64,000 nucleotides of DNA from an uncultured bacterium (GCA_903912525.1 CAIWHK010000025.1:136881-200880), one strand, 5' to 3'. Numbered from the stretch's first letter, positions 43,613 through 53,955 are shown. Numbers and translations: made by a program. Notes: generated by a model from the letters alone, not told the origin.

Positions 43613-45616
43613 CTAACGGCCGCCGATCTCCCGCAGCAGCTGCGCCGCCGCCTCGTTGCCGGGATCGTCGGCCAGGACACGGCGCAACTCCGTCGCCGCC
43701 GCGCCCTGGTCGCCCGCCGCCAGGTACGACCGCGCCAGGTTGATCCGTGCCGGCGCGAAACCGTCATCGACCCTCAGCGCCTGCTCGAAGCTGCGCCGCG
43801 CGCCCGCCGCATCACCCTGGATGCCCATCAGGGCACCGAGATTGTTCAGCGCCTGCGGCTGCGCCGGGTCGAGCGCCAGGCCCTGCTCGATCTCGGCCCG
43901 GGCCTGGTCGTAGCGTCCCTGCGCGGCATGGATGAGGCCCAGGGTGGTGAGCGTCGCCCCCCGGCGCGGGTCCAGCCGCAGCGCCGCCTGCGCCGCCTGC
44001 TCCGCCTCGGCGAAGCGGCCCATCGCGTGCAGCGTCACGGCCATCTGGTAGGGCACGTCGGGATCCTGCGGAGCCAGCGGCAGCGCGGCCTGCAGCGCGG
44101 CCAGCGAGCGCTCGAACTCGCCCTTTTCGCGCCACGTGACGCCCAGGCTGACGTGGCTCTCGAAGTCGCGCGGCAGCAGGTCGCGGGCGCGTTCATAGGT
44201 GGCGATGGCCTGGTCGAGGCGGCCGGCGCGCGTCAGCTGCAACCCCTCGTGCAGGTACTGCGCGTAGAGCGCGGCCTTGTGGTCGAGCGGGCGCCGCGCG
44301 GGCGCGGTGTACGCTGCCGCTGCCAGCGCCACCAGGCCCAGGATGCCCACGGTGCGCCACGCGCGGGCGCGCACCGCCGTGACCAATGCCATGACGAACG
44401 CCGCCCCAAAGATGGCCAGGTACGGCACCAGCACGACACGATAGCGGGTGGTGACGAAGAACAGGGCGACGCTGAGTGCGGTCAGCAGCACGGCGCCGTA
44501 GAGCACGCCCAGCTCGCGCCACCGGCGCGCCAGCGCCAGCATGCCGGCCACCGCCAGGAGCGCCAGCGGCCACAGCCCGAGCGTGCCCCAGCGCAGGACC
44601 GGCCACCGCCGGTGCTCGTACCCGAACCATTCGATCTGCGGCTTGTCCTGGCCGCCGAGGAACAGGTCGACCTTGCCCAGGTAGCGACCCAGCCAGCCTG
44701 CGGGATCGCGGCGGAACTGCTCATTCGCGCGGCCCGCCCAGTAGCGTGAGACCGCGGCCGAGTCGAGGTCGCGGCCGAGCGCCGTCTCGGCGGTGTTCTC
44801 GGCGTTCCAGCTGCTGTCGGTGTCGAGCTTACCCTGCAAGGCGTCACCGTGCGCGTTGCCGGTGTAGAAATTGAAGCCGCCGCTCGAGGTGATGAGGACC
44901 GGCGCCCCTTCCACAGCGAGGTTGCGGATGAAGGTCGCGGACGGCGCGGCGAACAGGCCGGCGGCGAAGACCGCCAGAGTGATGAGGAGTTGCCGGCGCG
45001 GCAGTCGCGGCGCGCGCAGCAACGGCAGCAGCGCCAGGGGCGCCAGCAGCAACAGCGTCGGGCGCCCGGTCGCGGCCAGCCCCAGCAGCAGGCCTGCGGC
45101 GCCCAGTCGGAGCGGGCGCGAACTGTCCTTGACGCCGGTTGCCAGCAGCAGGCCGCCGGCGAGCAACGTCGAGACGAGCACCTCCATCAGCAGCTTGCCC
45201 TCGAAGAACACTTGCGGGCCCGAGAAGGCGACGAGGCCCGCGGCGACGAGCGCCGTGCGGCGGTCGAACCAGCGCCGAGCCAGGGCGTAGGTCAGTCCCG
45301 AGAGGACCAGACCGAGGATGTGCTGCAGGATGATCGCGACGACCGCGCTCGCACCCGTGACCGCATAGACGGCGCCCAGTGCGTACGCGTAGAGCGGGCC
45401 GAAGAAGTAGGCCTTGTCCGAGCCGATGCCGTGGCCATGGGCGATGCTGCGGGCCATGTCGTCGTAGACGGCTTCGTCCCAGAGGGGGACGGTGAAAGTG
45501 GGATCGTGGCGGACCTGGAGCCAGAAGGACAGGCGCAGCGCGGCGGCGGCCAGCAGGATCACGAACAGGGGGTGGCGCGTCGCCCTCGACAATCGGCTGG
45601 TCATCGGCGTGTTCAC
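43613..45616 (-). CDS. GT39 (PMT/ArnT-like) membrane glycosyltransferase with C-terminal TPR repeats (TMTC-like), second copy
   Basis: DE motif (LWDEAVYDD) in first loop, ~11 TM helices, C-terminal TPR block. Confidence 0.7.
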   Translation of the reverse strand: MNTPMTSRLSRATRHPLFVILLAAAALRLSFWLQVRHDPTFTVPLWDEAVYDDMARSIAHGHGIGSDKAYFFGPLYAYALGAVYAVTGASAVVAIILQHILGLVLSGLTYALARRWFDRRTALVAAGLVAFSGPQVFFEGKLLMEVLVSTLLAGGLLLATGVKDSSRPLRLGAAGLLLGLAATGRPTLLLLAPLALLPLLRAPRLPRRQLLITLAVFAAGLFAAPSATFIRNLAVEGAPVLITSSGGFNFYTGNAHGDALQGKLDTDSSWNAENTAETALGRDLDSAAVSRYWAGRANEQFRRDPAGWLGRYLGKVDLFLGGQDKPQIEWFGYEHRRWPVLRWGTLGLWPLALLAVAGMLALARRWRELGVLYGAVLLTALSVALFFVTTRYRVVLVPYLAIFGAAFVMALVTAVRARAWRTVGILGLVALAAAAYTAPARRPLDHKAALYAQYLHEGLQLTRAGRLDQAIATYERARDLLPRDFESHVSLGVTWREKGEFERSLAALQAALPLAPQDPDVPYQMAVTLHAMGRFAEAEQAAQAALRLDPRRGATLTTLGLIHAAQGRYDQARAEIEQGLALDPAQPQALNNLGALMGIQGDAAGARRSFEQALRVDDGFAPARINLARSYLAAGDQGAAATELRRVLADDPGNEAAAQLLREIGGR

Positions 45617-45669
45617 GATTTCCCGATCCCTTTCCCTGTTCGGCGCCGACGCCGGCGCCGGGTCGCGGC

Positions 45670-46008
45670 TCAGCTGCCTTGGCCCAGCCCCGGCACGATG
45701 GCCCGGAGGTCCTCCACATACTGCCGGTACTGGGCGATGCCCGCTTCGGTGACACGCACCAGCGTCCGCGGCTTCCGCCCCTCGAACGTCTTCTCGACGC
45801 GCACGATCCCCGCTGATTCCAACTTGGTGAGATTGACCGAGAGAACACCGTCAGTGACGCGCAACGCCGCGCGCAGGTCCGTGAAGGCGTGGGCGGTAGG
45901 CATGGCAACGAGCCGGGACAGCAGCATGAGCCTGACCCGGCCGTGGATGAGTGGCGACAGTGGCTCCCGGCCCGGCTGAACCGGCCCAGGTGCTTTGCTG
46001 CGCGCCAT
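45670..46008 (-). CDS. winged-helix transcriptional regulator
   Basis: 112-aa protein with HTH_34-like winged helix (LMLLSRLVAMPTAHAFTDLRAALRVTDGVLSVNLTKLESAGIVRVEK). Confidence 0.55.
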   Translation of the reverse strand: MARSKAPGPVQPGREPLSPLIHGRVRLMLLSRLVAMPTAHAFTDLRAALRVTDGVLSVNLTKLESAGIVRVEKTFEGRKPRTLVRVTEAGIAQYRQYVEDLRAIVPGLGQGS

Positions 46009-46677
46009 GACGTCCGGCCTCCTTGCCGGGGTGTCATCGCCGCGAGGGCTCGCCGCATCCGTGCGGCGTCGCTGCCGATCGCGCGGGCGCTGTCCAGGGA
46101 CCGGCCGGTGTGTTCCCGGTTGTCGGTCCGGGCCGGTCCCTGAAATCCAGGATTGGCCGCCCTGCCAGTTCCTGTCGCGGGTCGTTCGGTTCGCCCGCCT
46201 GTGCGGGCTGCGGCCGTCTCTGCCTTCCGCGGCGCATCCTTGCGCCACGGTCGGCCGGCGAGGGGCGGCTGGGCACCCAGGACCAGTGAACCCACCCCTC
46301 GCGCCGTCGGAGATCCGTCTCCACCCCCTTGCGGGGGCCCATGGCTCCGTCATCGGGCCTGGCTGGCCGAACCGTTGGACCTGATCAGTAAGTCGCCGCG
46401 AGCTCCGTCCGCGCGCCCTGCCGATCGTTTGCGCCGTGGCCGCCCCTGCCCGGGATCCTTCCCGGAACGGGTTCGTGCGACCGGGCGCATATGCTTTAAT
46501 AATTGAAGTACTTTTCTTTGTAAAGCTTAAAATGACGACGCAGCACACCTTTTTTTCCGGGGACGCCACGCGGTCCCAGCATTGGAATTGCAGCCCGCCG
46601 AACGCTACTTTGCCGAAGCGGTTTCATGAAGGCGGGCGCGCCGCAGCGCCCGGGGGATCCTGCCGGAAGGAAGCGCC

Positions 46678-47877
46678 TTGAAGACCGACAAACTCATCGC
46701 CATCGAAGACAAGTTCGGCGCGCACAACTACCACCCGCTCGACATCGTCATCCGCAAGGCCGACGGCGTCTGGGTCGAGGACGTCGAAGGCAATCGCTAC
46801 ATGGATTTCCTGGCGGCCTACAGCGCCGTCAACCAGGGCCACTGCCACCCGCGCCTGGTGAAGGCGATGAGGAAGCAGGCGTCGCGCGTGACGCTGACCA
46901 GCCGCGCGTTCCGCAACGACCAACTGCCGTTCTTCTGCGAGGAAGTGTGCGCGCTGACCGGCTTCGCCAAGGTGCTGCCGATGAACTCGGGCGCCGAGGC
47001 CGTCGAGACCGCGCTCAAGGCCGCGCGCAAGTGGGGCGAGAAGGTCAAGGGCATCGCCAAGGACCAGTGCGAGATCATCGTCTGCGCCGACAACTTCCAC
47101 GGCCGCACGACGACCATCGTCTCGTTCTCGACCGACGAGCAGTATCGCGACGGTTTCGGCCCGTTCACGCCGGGATTCAAGATCATCCCCTATGGCGACG
47201 CGAAGGCGCTGGCCGCGGCGATCACGCCGAACACGGCCGCGTTCCTGGTCGAACCCATCCAGGGCGAGGCCGGCATCAAGCTGCCGCCCGAGGGCTTCCT
47301 GAAGAAGGCCGAGAAGATCTGCCGCGACAACAACGTGCTCTTGATCTGCGACGAGATCCAGTCGGGCCTCGGACGCACGGGCAAGCTGTTCGCGTTCCAG
47401 CACGAGGGCGTCAGTCCCGACGGCGTCATCGTCGGCAAGGCGCTCAGCGGCGGCTTCTATCCCGTGTCGGCGTTCCTCAGCAGCGAGGAAGTGATGGGCG
47501 TCTTCAATCCCGGCGACCACGGCTCGACGTTCGGCGGCAACCCGCTGGGCATGGCCGTCTCGCGCGAGGCGATGAAGGTGCTCGTCGAGGAGAAGCTGGT
47601 CGAGAACAGCGCCAAGCTGGGCCCGTGGTTCATGGAGAAGCTGCAGGAGATGAAGTACCCGTGCATCAAGCAGGTGCGCGGGCGCGGGCTGTGGATCGGC
47701 GTCGTGCTGGACCGCCCGGCGCGCCCCTACTGCGAGGCGCTGATGAAGGAGGGCATGCTCTGCAAGGAGACGCACGAGAACGTCATCCGGCTGGCGCCGC
47801 CCCTGAACATCACGAAGGCCGAGTTGAACATGGCTGTTCGGCGCATCGACAAGGTGTTCAAGAAGCTCAGCAAGTAG
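46678..47877 (+). CDS. rocD: ornithine aminotransferase (class III PLP aminotransferase)
   Basis: Full-length OAT match incl. PLP lysine region ([15 protein letters not shown]...GK). Confidence 0.9.
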   Translation: MKTDKLIAIEDKFGAHNYHPLDIVIRKADGVWVEDVEGNRYMDFLAAYSAVNQGHCHPRLVKAMRKQASRVTLTSRAFRNDQLPFFCEEVCALTGFAKVLPMNSGAEAVETALKAARKWGEKVKGIAKDQCEIIVCADNFHGRTTTIVSFSTDEQYRDGFGPFTPGFKIIPYGDAKALAAAITPNTAAFLVEPIQGEAGIKLPPEGFLKKAEKICRDNNVLLICDEIQSGLGRTGKLFAFQHEGVSPDGVIVGKALSGGFYPVSAFLSSEEVMGVFNPGDHGSTFGGNPLGMAVSREAMKVLVEEKLVENSAKLGPWFMEKLQEMKYPCIKQVRGRGLWIGVVLDRPARPYCEALMKEGMLCKETHENVIRLAPPLNITKAELNMAVRRIDKVFKKLSK

Positions 47878-47928
47878 CCCGCAGGCGGCCGGAGCCCGGT
47901 GACATCACGGGCCGCGTCTGCTAGAGTG

Positions 47929-47971
47929 AGGCCACGGCGGCCGCCGGTTCATCGGCGGCCGCGGCCTTTTC
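47929..47971 (+). terminator. Rho-independent terminator after rocD
   Basis: GGCCACGGCGGCCGCCG-gttcat-CGGCGGCCGCGGCC hairpin followed by TTTTCC. Confidence 0.6.
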
Positions 47972-47994
47972 CGGCTGCCCCAAGGAGAGCCCTG

Positions 47995-49389
47995 ATGGCC
48001 CTGTCCCCCACGCCCGCTCGCGGGCGCCGTCTTCTCGTCGTCACCACCCTGCTGATGATGGGCGTCACAAACGGCGCACAGGCGCAGGCACCCGCCGCAC
48101 CGGTGACCGGCGTACCTGGCGACGACGGTTTCGCCTGGCGCACGCTGTCCGGCCTCTGTGACCTGGTCGGCGGCCGCCCCGCCGGCAGCCCGCAGATGAA
48201 GAAGGCCGCCGAGTGGGCGGTCGCCACGTTCAAGGAGGCCGGCTTCGACAGCGTGTGGACCGAGCCGGTCACCGTGCCGGTGTGGACACGCGGCCGCGAG
48301 TGGGCGCGGTGCACGGCGCCCGTCGAGTTCGACCTGACCATGCTCGGGCTGGGGCTCAGCGACGGCACCGGGCCCGACGGCATCGAGGCCGAGGTCATGG
48401 TCGTCACCAGCTTCGACGAACTGGAGAAGCGCGGCGGCGAGGCCAATGGGCGCATCGTCCTTTTCAACATGCCGTGGGAGGGCTACGGCCGCACCGTGGC
48501 GTATCGCAGCAAGGGCGCCAGCGAGGCCGCGAAGCACGGCGCCGTGGCCTGCCTGATCCGCTCGGTCACCCCCAACAGCCTGGCCACGCCCCACACCGGC
48601 ATGATGCGCTACGCCGACGGCGTGCCGCACATCCCGGCCGCGGCGCTGACCGTCGAGGACGCCGGCCGGCTGGCGCGCCTGGCCGAGCGCGGGCTGAAGC
48701 CGCGCGTGAAGCTGTACATGGAGGCGCGCAACCTGGGCGACGGCCCGTGCGCCAACGTGGTCGCGGACATCCGGGGCGCGAAGTGGCCGGAGCAGATCGT
48801 GCTGCTGGGCGCGCACCTCGACTCGTGGGATGTCGGCACCTGCGCGCACGACGACGGCGCGGGCTGCGCGATGATGATGGCGGCCGCGCAAATGTTGAAG
48901 GCGGACGGACAGCGCCCCGCCCGCACCGTGCGCGTCGTGCTGTACACCGCCGAGGAGATCGGCGTCTACGGCGGTCGCGCCTATCGCGATGCGCACAGGG
49001 ACGAGGGCGACCGGCATGTCGCGGCGCTCGAGAGCGACTCCGGCGCATTCGCTCCGCGGGGCTTCTCGGTCGAGGGCGACTCGCTGGCCGTGCTGCGGGT
49101 GCGCGCGATGGCCGCGCCCCTGGCCTGGGTCGGGGCCGACTCGGTGACTGCCGGCGGCTCGGGCGCCGACGTGCACCCCCTGACCGACCTGGGCGTGCCC
49201 TGCCTGGGCCTGCGCGTCGAGGGCGGGACCTACTTCCACTACCACCACTCGCCGGCCGACAACCTGGACAAGGTCGACCCGGTGCTGCTGGCGAAGGACG
49301 TCGCCGCCGTGGCCGGCCTGGCCCGGGCCCTGGCCAACGACCCCGAAACGCTGCCGCGCAAGCTTCCCGCGCAACCAGCGCCCCGCTGA
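47995..49389 (+). CDS. secreted M28 family aminopeptidase with PA domain
   Basis: AAGGAGAG RBS; signal peptide; M28 zinc ligands (HLDSW, DDGAG, EE, ...H) and PA domain insert. Confidence 0.8.
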   Translation: MALSPTPARGRRLLVVTTLLMMGVTNGAQAQAPAAPVTGVPGDDGFAWRTLSGLCDLVGGRPAGSPQMKKAAEWAVATFKEAGFDSVWTEPVTVPVWTRGREWARCTAPVEFDLTMLGLGLSDGTGPDGIEAEVMVVTSFDELEKRGGEANGRIVLFNMPWEGYGRTVAYRSKGASEAAKHGAVACLIRSVTPNSLATPHTGMMRYADGVPHIPAAALTVEDAGRLARLAERGLKPRVKLYMEARNLGDGPCANVVADIRGAKWPEQIVLLGAHLDSWDVGTCAHDDGAGCAMMMAAAQMLKADGQRPARTVRVVLYTAEEIGVYGGRAYRDAHRDEGDRHVAALESDSGAFAPRGFSVEGDSLAVLRVRAMAAPLAWVGADSVTAGGSGADVHPLTDLGVPCLGLRVEGGTYFHYHHSPADNLDKVDPVLLAKDVAAVAGLARALANDPETLPRKLPAQPAPR

Positions 49390-49464
49390 TTCCGTAGAAC
49401 CAAGGTTGCGGCCCGGCTGTCCGGGCCGCGACCCCCGTCCCCGCCAACTGCCTGGAGGTTTCCG

Positions 49465-52400
49465 ATGTCCCGTTGCCCAAACCCGTCCGCCCGGCGGGCC
49501 GCGTCCGCGCTGGGCCTGGCGCTGCTGCTGCTGGCGCCCGCCCTGGCCGGAGCCGCCCTGCCGACCGGCGCCGCCGACCCGGTGGCCGCCGCACCCGATT
49601 TCAGCGACGCGCGCCTGCTGCGATTCCCCGACATCAGCGGCGATCAGGTCGTCTTCACGTACGCGGCCGACCTGTGGACCGTGTCGGCAAGCGGTGGCGA
49701 GGCGCGGCGGCTGACCGCGGCGCCCGGTTTCGCCGGCAGCGCCAAGTTCTCGCCCGATGGCAAGTGGATCGCCTTCTCGGGCAACTACGACGGCAACAAC
49801 GACCTCTACGTGGTGTCGGCCGGCGGCGGCGAGCCGCGGCGCCTGACCTGGCACCCGTCGTTCGACCGCATCATCGACTGGCAGCCCGACGGCAAGGCCA
49901 TCCGCTTCCAGTCCGGGCGCGAGAGCGCCACCGGCCGCGACCTGCAGCTGTTCACGGTGCCCGTCGAGGGCGGCCTGCCGCAGAAGATGGTCCTGCCGAC
50001 GGCCGGCCTGTCGAGCTACTCGCCCGACGGTACGAAGATCGCCTACAACCGCATCACCTCCGAGAATCGCACCTGGAAGCGCTACAAGGGCGGCATGGCG
50101 CAGGACGTCTGGATCTGGGACTTCAACGCCAAGCGCTCGCAGCGCATGACCGACTGGGTCGGCGCCGACAACTTCCCGATGTGGTCGGGCGAGAACGTCT
50201 ACTACACCAGCGACCGCAGCGGCCGGCTGGAGATCTGGGCCTGGAACCAGAAGTCGGGCCAGCACCGCCAGGTGACCAAACACGACGAGTACGATGTCAA
50301 GAACCCGAGCCTCGGCGACGGCGTCATCGTCTATGAGAACGGCGGCTGGCTGTTCGTGCTGGACCTGAAGACCGAGCAGTCGCGCAAGGTCACCGTCTCG
50401 CTGCACAGCGACAACGTGCTGACGCGCCCGGCCATCAAGGGCGTCGACGGCCTGATCACGAGCACCTCGGCGGCCCCCGACGCCAAGCGCGTGGCCTTCG
50501 CGGCGCGCGGCGACATCTTCACCGTGCCGGCCGAGAAGGGCGACGTGCGCAACCTGACGGCCACACCCGGCCTCCGCGAAATGGCCCCGGCCTGGTCGCC
50601 CGACGGCAAGCAGGTCGCCTGGCTGAGCGATCGCAGCGGCGAATACGAGATCTGGCTGGCCGCGGCCGACGGCACCGGCGAGCCGAAGCAGCTGACCACC
50701 GGCGGCACGACCTACAAGCTGTCGCTGGACTGGTCGCCGGACGGCAAATTCCTGGCGGTCAACGACGCGGACATGAACCTGTGGCTGGTGGACGCCGCCA
50801 CGGGCGTGACGAAGAAGATCGACCAGTCGCCCACCGGCGAGATCAACGGCTGGAGCTGGGCGCCGGCCGGCGGCGGCTGGCTGGCGTACGCCAAGGGCGA
50901 GCCGAACGGCTACCGCTCCATCTTCCTGTACGAGCTGGCCAGCGGCAAGGTCACCCGGGTGACGACGGATTTCACCGATGACTCGGCCCCGTGCTTCGAC
51001 GACAAGGGCGACTACCTGTTCTTCGTCTCGAGCCGGCACTTTGCACCCACGCTGGGCGGCTTCGACCTGAACCCGCTGTGGACGAACATGGACGGGCTGT
51101 ACGTGGTGACGCTGCGCGCGGATGTGGCGCACCCGTTCCCGCCCGAGAGCGACGAGGTCGGCGCCGGCGAGGACGCCGACAAGAAGGACGACGACGCCGA
51201 CAAGAAGGACGGCGACAAGGCGGACAAGAAGGGCAAGGCCGACAAGAAGGCCGCCGCCAAGGCGCTCGTGATCGACGTGGCCGGCCTGGTCGACCGCCAG
51301 GTTGCGCTGGACGTGCCGGCCGGCAACTACGGCGGGCTGGCGTTCGCCGAGGGCAAGCTGTTCTACCAGAGCCGCGAGTTCGCCGCGGGCGGCGGCGAGG
51401 GCCCCCCGGCGTCCTCGATCAAGGTCTTCGACATGAAGGAGCGCGAGGCCAAGACGGTGCTCGAGAAGGCCGACGGCTTCGAGATGACCCAGGACGGCAA
51501 GCAGCTGCTCTACACGTCCGACGGCAAGTTCGGCCTGGTCACGGCCGCGGCCGACCAGAAGCCCGCCGAGAAGCCGCTGCGCACCGGCGAGATGCAGGCC
51601 CGCGTGGACCCGCGCGCCGAGTGGCGGCAGATGTTCCGCGACGCCTGGCGCCAGGAGCGCGACTTCTTCTACGATCCCGGCCTGCACGGCGTGGACTGGG
51701 AGCGCATGTACACGCGCTACGGCCAGCTGGTCCCCTACGTCTCGCACGGCAACGACTTCAGCTACCTGCTGGGCGAGCTGATCAGCGAGCTGAACTGCTC
51801 GCACACCTACGTCTCGCCGGGCGACGTGCCGAAGACGCCCAGCGTGGGCACCGGCCTGCTGGGCTGCACGTTCGCGCTGGACCAGGCGAGCGGCCGTTAC
51901 CGCATCGGCGACATCTACAGCGAACGCGACTGGAACCGCGACACGCCGACGCCGCTGCATGCGCCGGGCATCGACGTGAAGGAAGGCGAGTACCTGCTGG
52001 CGGTCGACGGCGTCGACCTGAAGGCCCCCACCAGCCCCTACAGCCTGTTCGAGAACAAGGTCGGCCGTCAGGTCGTGCTGAAGGTCGGCAAGAGCGCCGA
52101 CGGCAAGGACAGCCGCAACGTGAAGGTCGAGCCCATCGCCGACGACAGCGCCCTGCGCTACGAGTCCTGGGTGCAGGCCAACCGCCGGCGCGTCGACGAG
52201 CTGTCGAAGGGCCGCATCGGCTACCTGCACCTGCCGAACACGGCCATCGAGGGGCAGATCGGCTTCGCCAAGGGCTACTACCCGAACCTGCGGAAGGAGG
52301 GGTTGATCATCGACGAGCGCTACAACGGCGGCGGATTCATCCCCGACTTCGTGATGAACATCCTCAGGCAGAAGCTGGTCAACCTGTGGAAGCCGCGCTT

Positions 52401-52812
52401 CGGCCAGGACTGGCGCACGCCGGGCACCGCGTTCGCCGGCCACCTGGCGATGGTCAGCAACGGCTACGCCGGCAGCGGCGGCGACGCCCTGCCCTACTAC
52501 TTCAAGTACTACGAGCTGGGCCCGGTGATCGGCATGCGCACCTGGGGCGGCCTGGTGGGCATCAGCCGCGGCCTGGGCCTGATGGACGGCGGCAGCGTGA
52601 CGTTCCCCGAGTTCGGCCTGTTCAACATGCAGGGCCAGTGGGACGTCGAGAACAAGGGCGTCGAGCCGACCATCGAGCTGGACAACCTGCCGGAAGACGA
52701 GATCGCCGGCCGGGACCCGCAGCTCGAGAAGGCGGTCGAGGTGCTGCTGCAGAAGATCAAGGATGAGCCGGTGAACGTGCCGACGTCGCCGACCTTCCCG
52801 CGGGACAAGTAG
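49465..52812 (+). CDS. tricorn protease homolog (S41B peptidase with beta-propellers and PDZ)
   Basis: Signal peptide, TolB-like WD/beta-propeller repeats, C-terminal S41 domain; 1114 aa. Confidence 0.85.
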   Translation: MSRCPNPSARRAASALGLALLLLAPALAGAALPTGAADPVAAAPDFSDARLLRFPDISGDQVVFTYAADLWTVSASGGEARRLTAAPGFAGSAKFSPDGKWIAFSGNYDGNNDLYVVSAGGGEPRRLTWHPSFDRIIDWQPDGKAIRFQSGRESATGRDLQLFTVPVEGGLPQKMVLPTAGLSSYSPDGTKIAYNRITSENRTWKRYKGGMAQDVWIWDFNAKRSQRMTDWVGADNFPMWSGENVYYTSDRSGRLEIWAWNQKSGQHRQVTKHDEYDVKNPSLGDGVIVYENGGWLFVLDLKTEQSRKVTVSLHSDNVLTRPAIKGVDGLITSTSAAPDAKRVAFAARGDIFTVPAEKGDVRNLTATPGLREMAPAWSPDGKQVAWLSDRSGEYEIWLAAADGTGEPKQLTTGGTTYKLSLDWSPDGKFLAVNDADMNLWLVDAATGVTKKIDQSPTGEINGWSWAPAGGGWLAYAKGEPNGYRSIFLYELASGKVTRVTTDFTDDSAPCFDDKGDYLFFVSSRHFAPTLGGFDLNPLWTNMDGLYVVTLRADVAHPFPPESDEVGAGEDADKKDDDADKKDGDKADKKGKADKKAAAKALVIDVAGLVDRQVALDVPAGNYGGLAFAEGKLFYQSREFAAGGGEGPPASSIKVFDMKEREAKTVLEKADGFEMTQDGKQLLYTSDGKFGLVTAAADQKPAEKPLRTGEMQARVDPRAEWRQMFRDAWRQERDFFYDPGLHGVDWERMYTRYGQLVPYVSHGNDFSYLLGELISELNCSHTYVSPGDVPKTPSVGTGLLGCTFALDQASGRYRIGDIYSERDWNRDTPTPLHAPGIDVKEGEYLLAVDGVDLKAPTSPYSLFENKVGRQVVLKVGKSADGKDSRNVKVEPIADDSALRYESWVQANRRRVDELSKGRIGYLHLPNTAIEGQIGFAKGYYPNLRKEGLIIDERYNGGGFIPDFVMNILRQKLVNLWKPRFGQDWRTPGTAFAGHLAMVSNGYAGSGGDALPYYFKYYELGPVIGMRTWGGLVGISRGLGLMDGGSVTFPEFGLFNMQGQWDVENKGVEPTIELDNLPEDEIAGRDPQLEKAVEVLLQKIKDEPVNVPTSPTFPRDK

Positions 52813-52844
52813 CAGGCTGGAGCACCAGCTTCGTGACGGACGAA

Positions 52845-52880
52845 GGCGCCGCTTCCGGGAGGAGGCGGCGCCTTTCGATT
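52845..52880 (+). terminator. Rho-independent terminator after tricorn protease gene
   Basis: GGCGCCGCTTCC-ggga-GGAGGCGGCGCC hairpin followed by TTTCGATT. Confidence 0.6.
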
Positions 52881-52885
52881 GGCCA

Positions 52886-52936
52886 CTTGCGCCGGCGCAA
52901 GTATCCGCAAGTCGCGAGAATTGCGCCGGCGCAAGT
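52886..52936. repeat. two copies of the intergenic palindromic element (ACTTGCGCCGGCGCAAGT at 52886-52903 and AATTGCGCCGGCGCAAGT at 52919-52936)
   Basis: Seen directly; between convergent tricorn and small HTH genes. Confidence 0.85.
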
Positions 52937-52947
52937 GCCCGGCGTCC

Positions 52948-53130
52948 CTACTTCACCGCCTTCTTCACCTTCGCCACGACGTCCTTGCCGTACAGGTTGC
53001 ACACCCCGCGCTTGGCCTTGGGCTGGATGTCGAGTTCCTTCAGCGCCTTCTTCACCTTGGCGTCGGTCAGGCCGAGCTCCTTGGCGATGGCGCCGGCGGT
53101 CAGCAGGTCCGCGTTCTTGTCGGTGGGCAT
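52948..53130 (-). CDS. small (60 aa) putative HTH DNA-binding protein
   Basis: MPTDKNADLLTAGAIAKELGLTDAKVKKALKEL... helix-turn-helix-like N-terminus, Lys-rich C-terminus; no confident family. Confidence 0.4.
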   Translation of the reverse strand: MPTDKNADLLTAGAIAKELGLTDAKVKKALKELDIQPKAKRGVCNLYGKDVVAKVKKAVK

Positions 53131-53189
53131 GGGCTCGTCCTCCTGGGGCTGTAGGGATCGCGTGTCTCGCGGGCGGGCGCGCGGGCCGT

Positions 53190-53699
53190 TCAGGCCTCGT
53201 ACAGCTCGCCGACACAATCCTTGTACGTAAGGTACAGGCGCGCGTCCAGTTCCAACTGGTCGTAGTCGGCCGCCATGTGGCGGCAGAGCTGGTAGAAGGC
53301 GCGGTTGTGCTCGGTCTCCTTGAAGTGGGCCAGCTCGTGGATCAGGATCATGTCGAGGAACGGCAGCGGCGCCTTGCGGAAGACCGTGGCGACGCGGATC
53401 TCGTTGCGCGTGCTGAGCCGGCTGCCGTGGATGCGCGAGGTCTTGCGGTGGATGCCCAGGGCGTTGTGCACCGCGTGCAGCTTGGGATCGTAGACGACCT
53501 TCCACAGCGCAGGCGCCTGGCGCATGTAACGGTTCTTGAGCTCGACAGCGTAGCCGTAGAGCGCCTTCTCGTTGCGGTACTGGTGCGTCTCGGGATAGCG
53601 CTCGAGCAGCCACGCGCCGAGTTTCCCGTCGTCCAGCAGTTCGCGGACCTGGCCGATGATCTCGGCGTCATAGCCGGTCAGGTAGGGTAAAGGCTGCAT
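53190..53699 (-). CDS. YgjP-like (DUF45) zinc-dependent hydrolase
   Basis: HELAHFKETEHNRAFY HExxH-type motif typical of the YgjP/DUF45 family. Confidence 0.65.
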   Translation of the reverse strand: MQPLPYLTGYDAEIIGQVRELLDDGKLGAWLLERYPETHQYRNEKALYGYAVELKNRYMRQAPALWKVVYDPKLHAVHNALGIHRKTSRIHGSRLSTRNEIRVATVFRKAPLPFLDMILIHELAHFKETEHNRAFYQLCRHMAADYDQLELDARLYLTYKDCVGELYEA

Positions 53700-53703
53700 T
53701 TGG

Positions 53704-53955
53704 CTACCGCCCCCCTGCCGGCCGGCGATGGGCGCGTCGCGTGTGCAGGCGGATATAGAGATCCTCCACCTGCTTGCGGGCCCACGGCGTGCGGCGCAGG
53801 AACTTCAGGCTCGAAGCGACCGACGGGTCGGTGGTGAAGCACTTGATCTTGACCCGCGTGCCCAGCTCGGCCCAGCCATAGTGCGCCACCAGGGCGATAA
53901 GCACGTCCTCGAGCGTCTTGCCGTGCAGGGGATTGTCGGGCTGTTCTTCGACCAT
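53704..53955 (-). CDS. DUF2132 domain-containing protein
   Basis: [24 protein letters not shown]...[29 protein letters not shown] matches conserved DUF2132 pattern. Confidence 0.55.
   Translation of the reverse strand: MVEEQPDNPLHGKTLEDVLIALVAHYGWAELGTRVKIKCFTTDPSVASSLKFLRRTPWARKQVEDLYIRLHTRRAHRRPAGGR

Noticed and set aside
47905-52443. 1512-aa ORF on the minus strand
   Set aside because: Antisense to the well-supported tricorn protease and M28 peptidase genes; Arg/Gly/Ala-rich composition typical of out-of-frame high-GC translation; no domain signal.
52886-52936. Palindromic elements as simple intrinsic terminators
   Set aside because: Canonical hairpin + T-tract terminators are already present immediately upstream at two loci, and the palindromes lack U-tracts, so they are reported as a separate repeat family instead.
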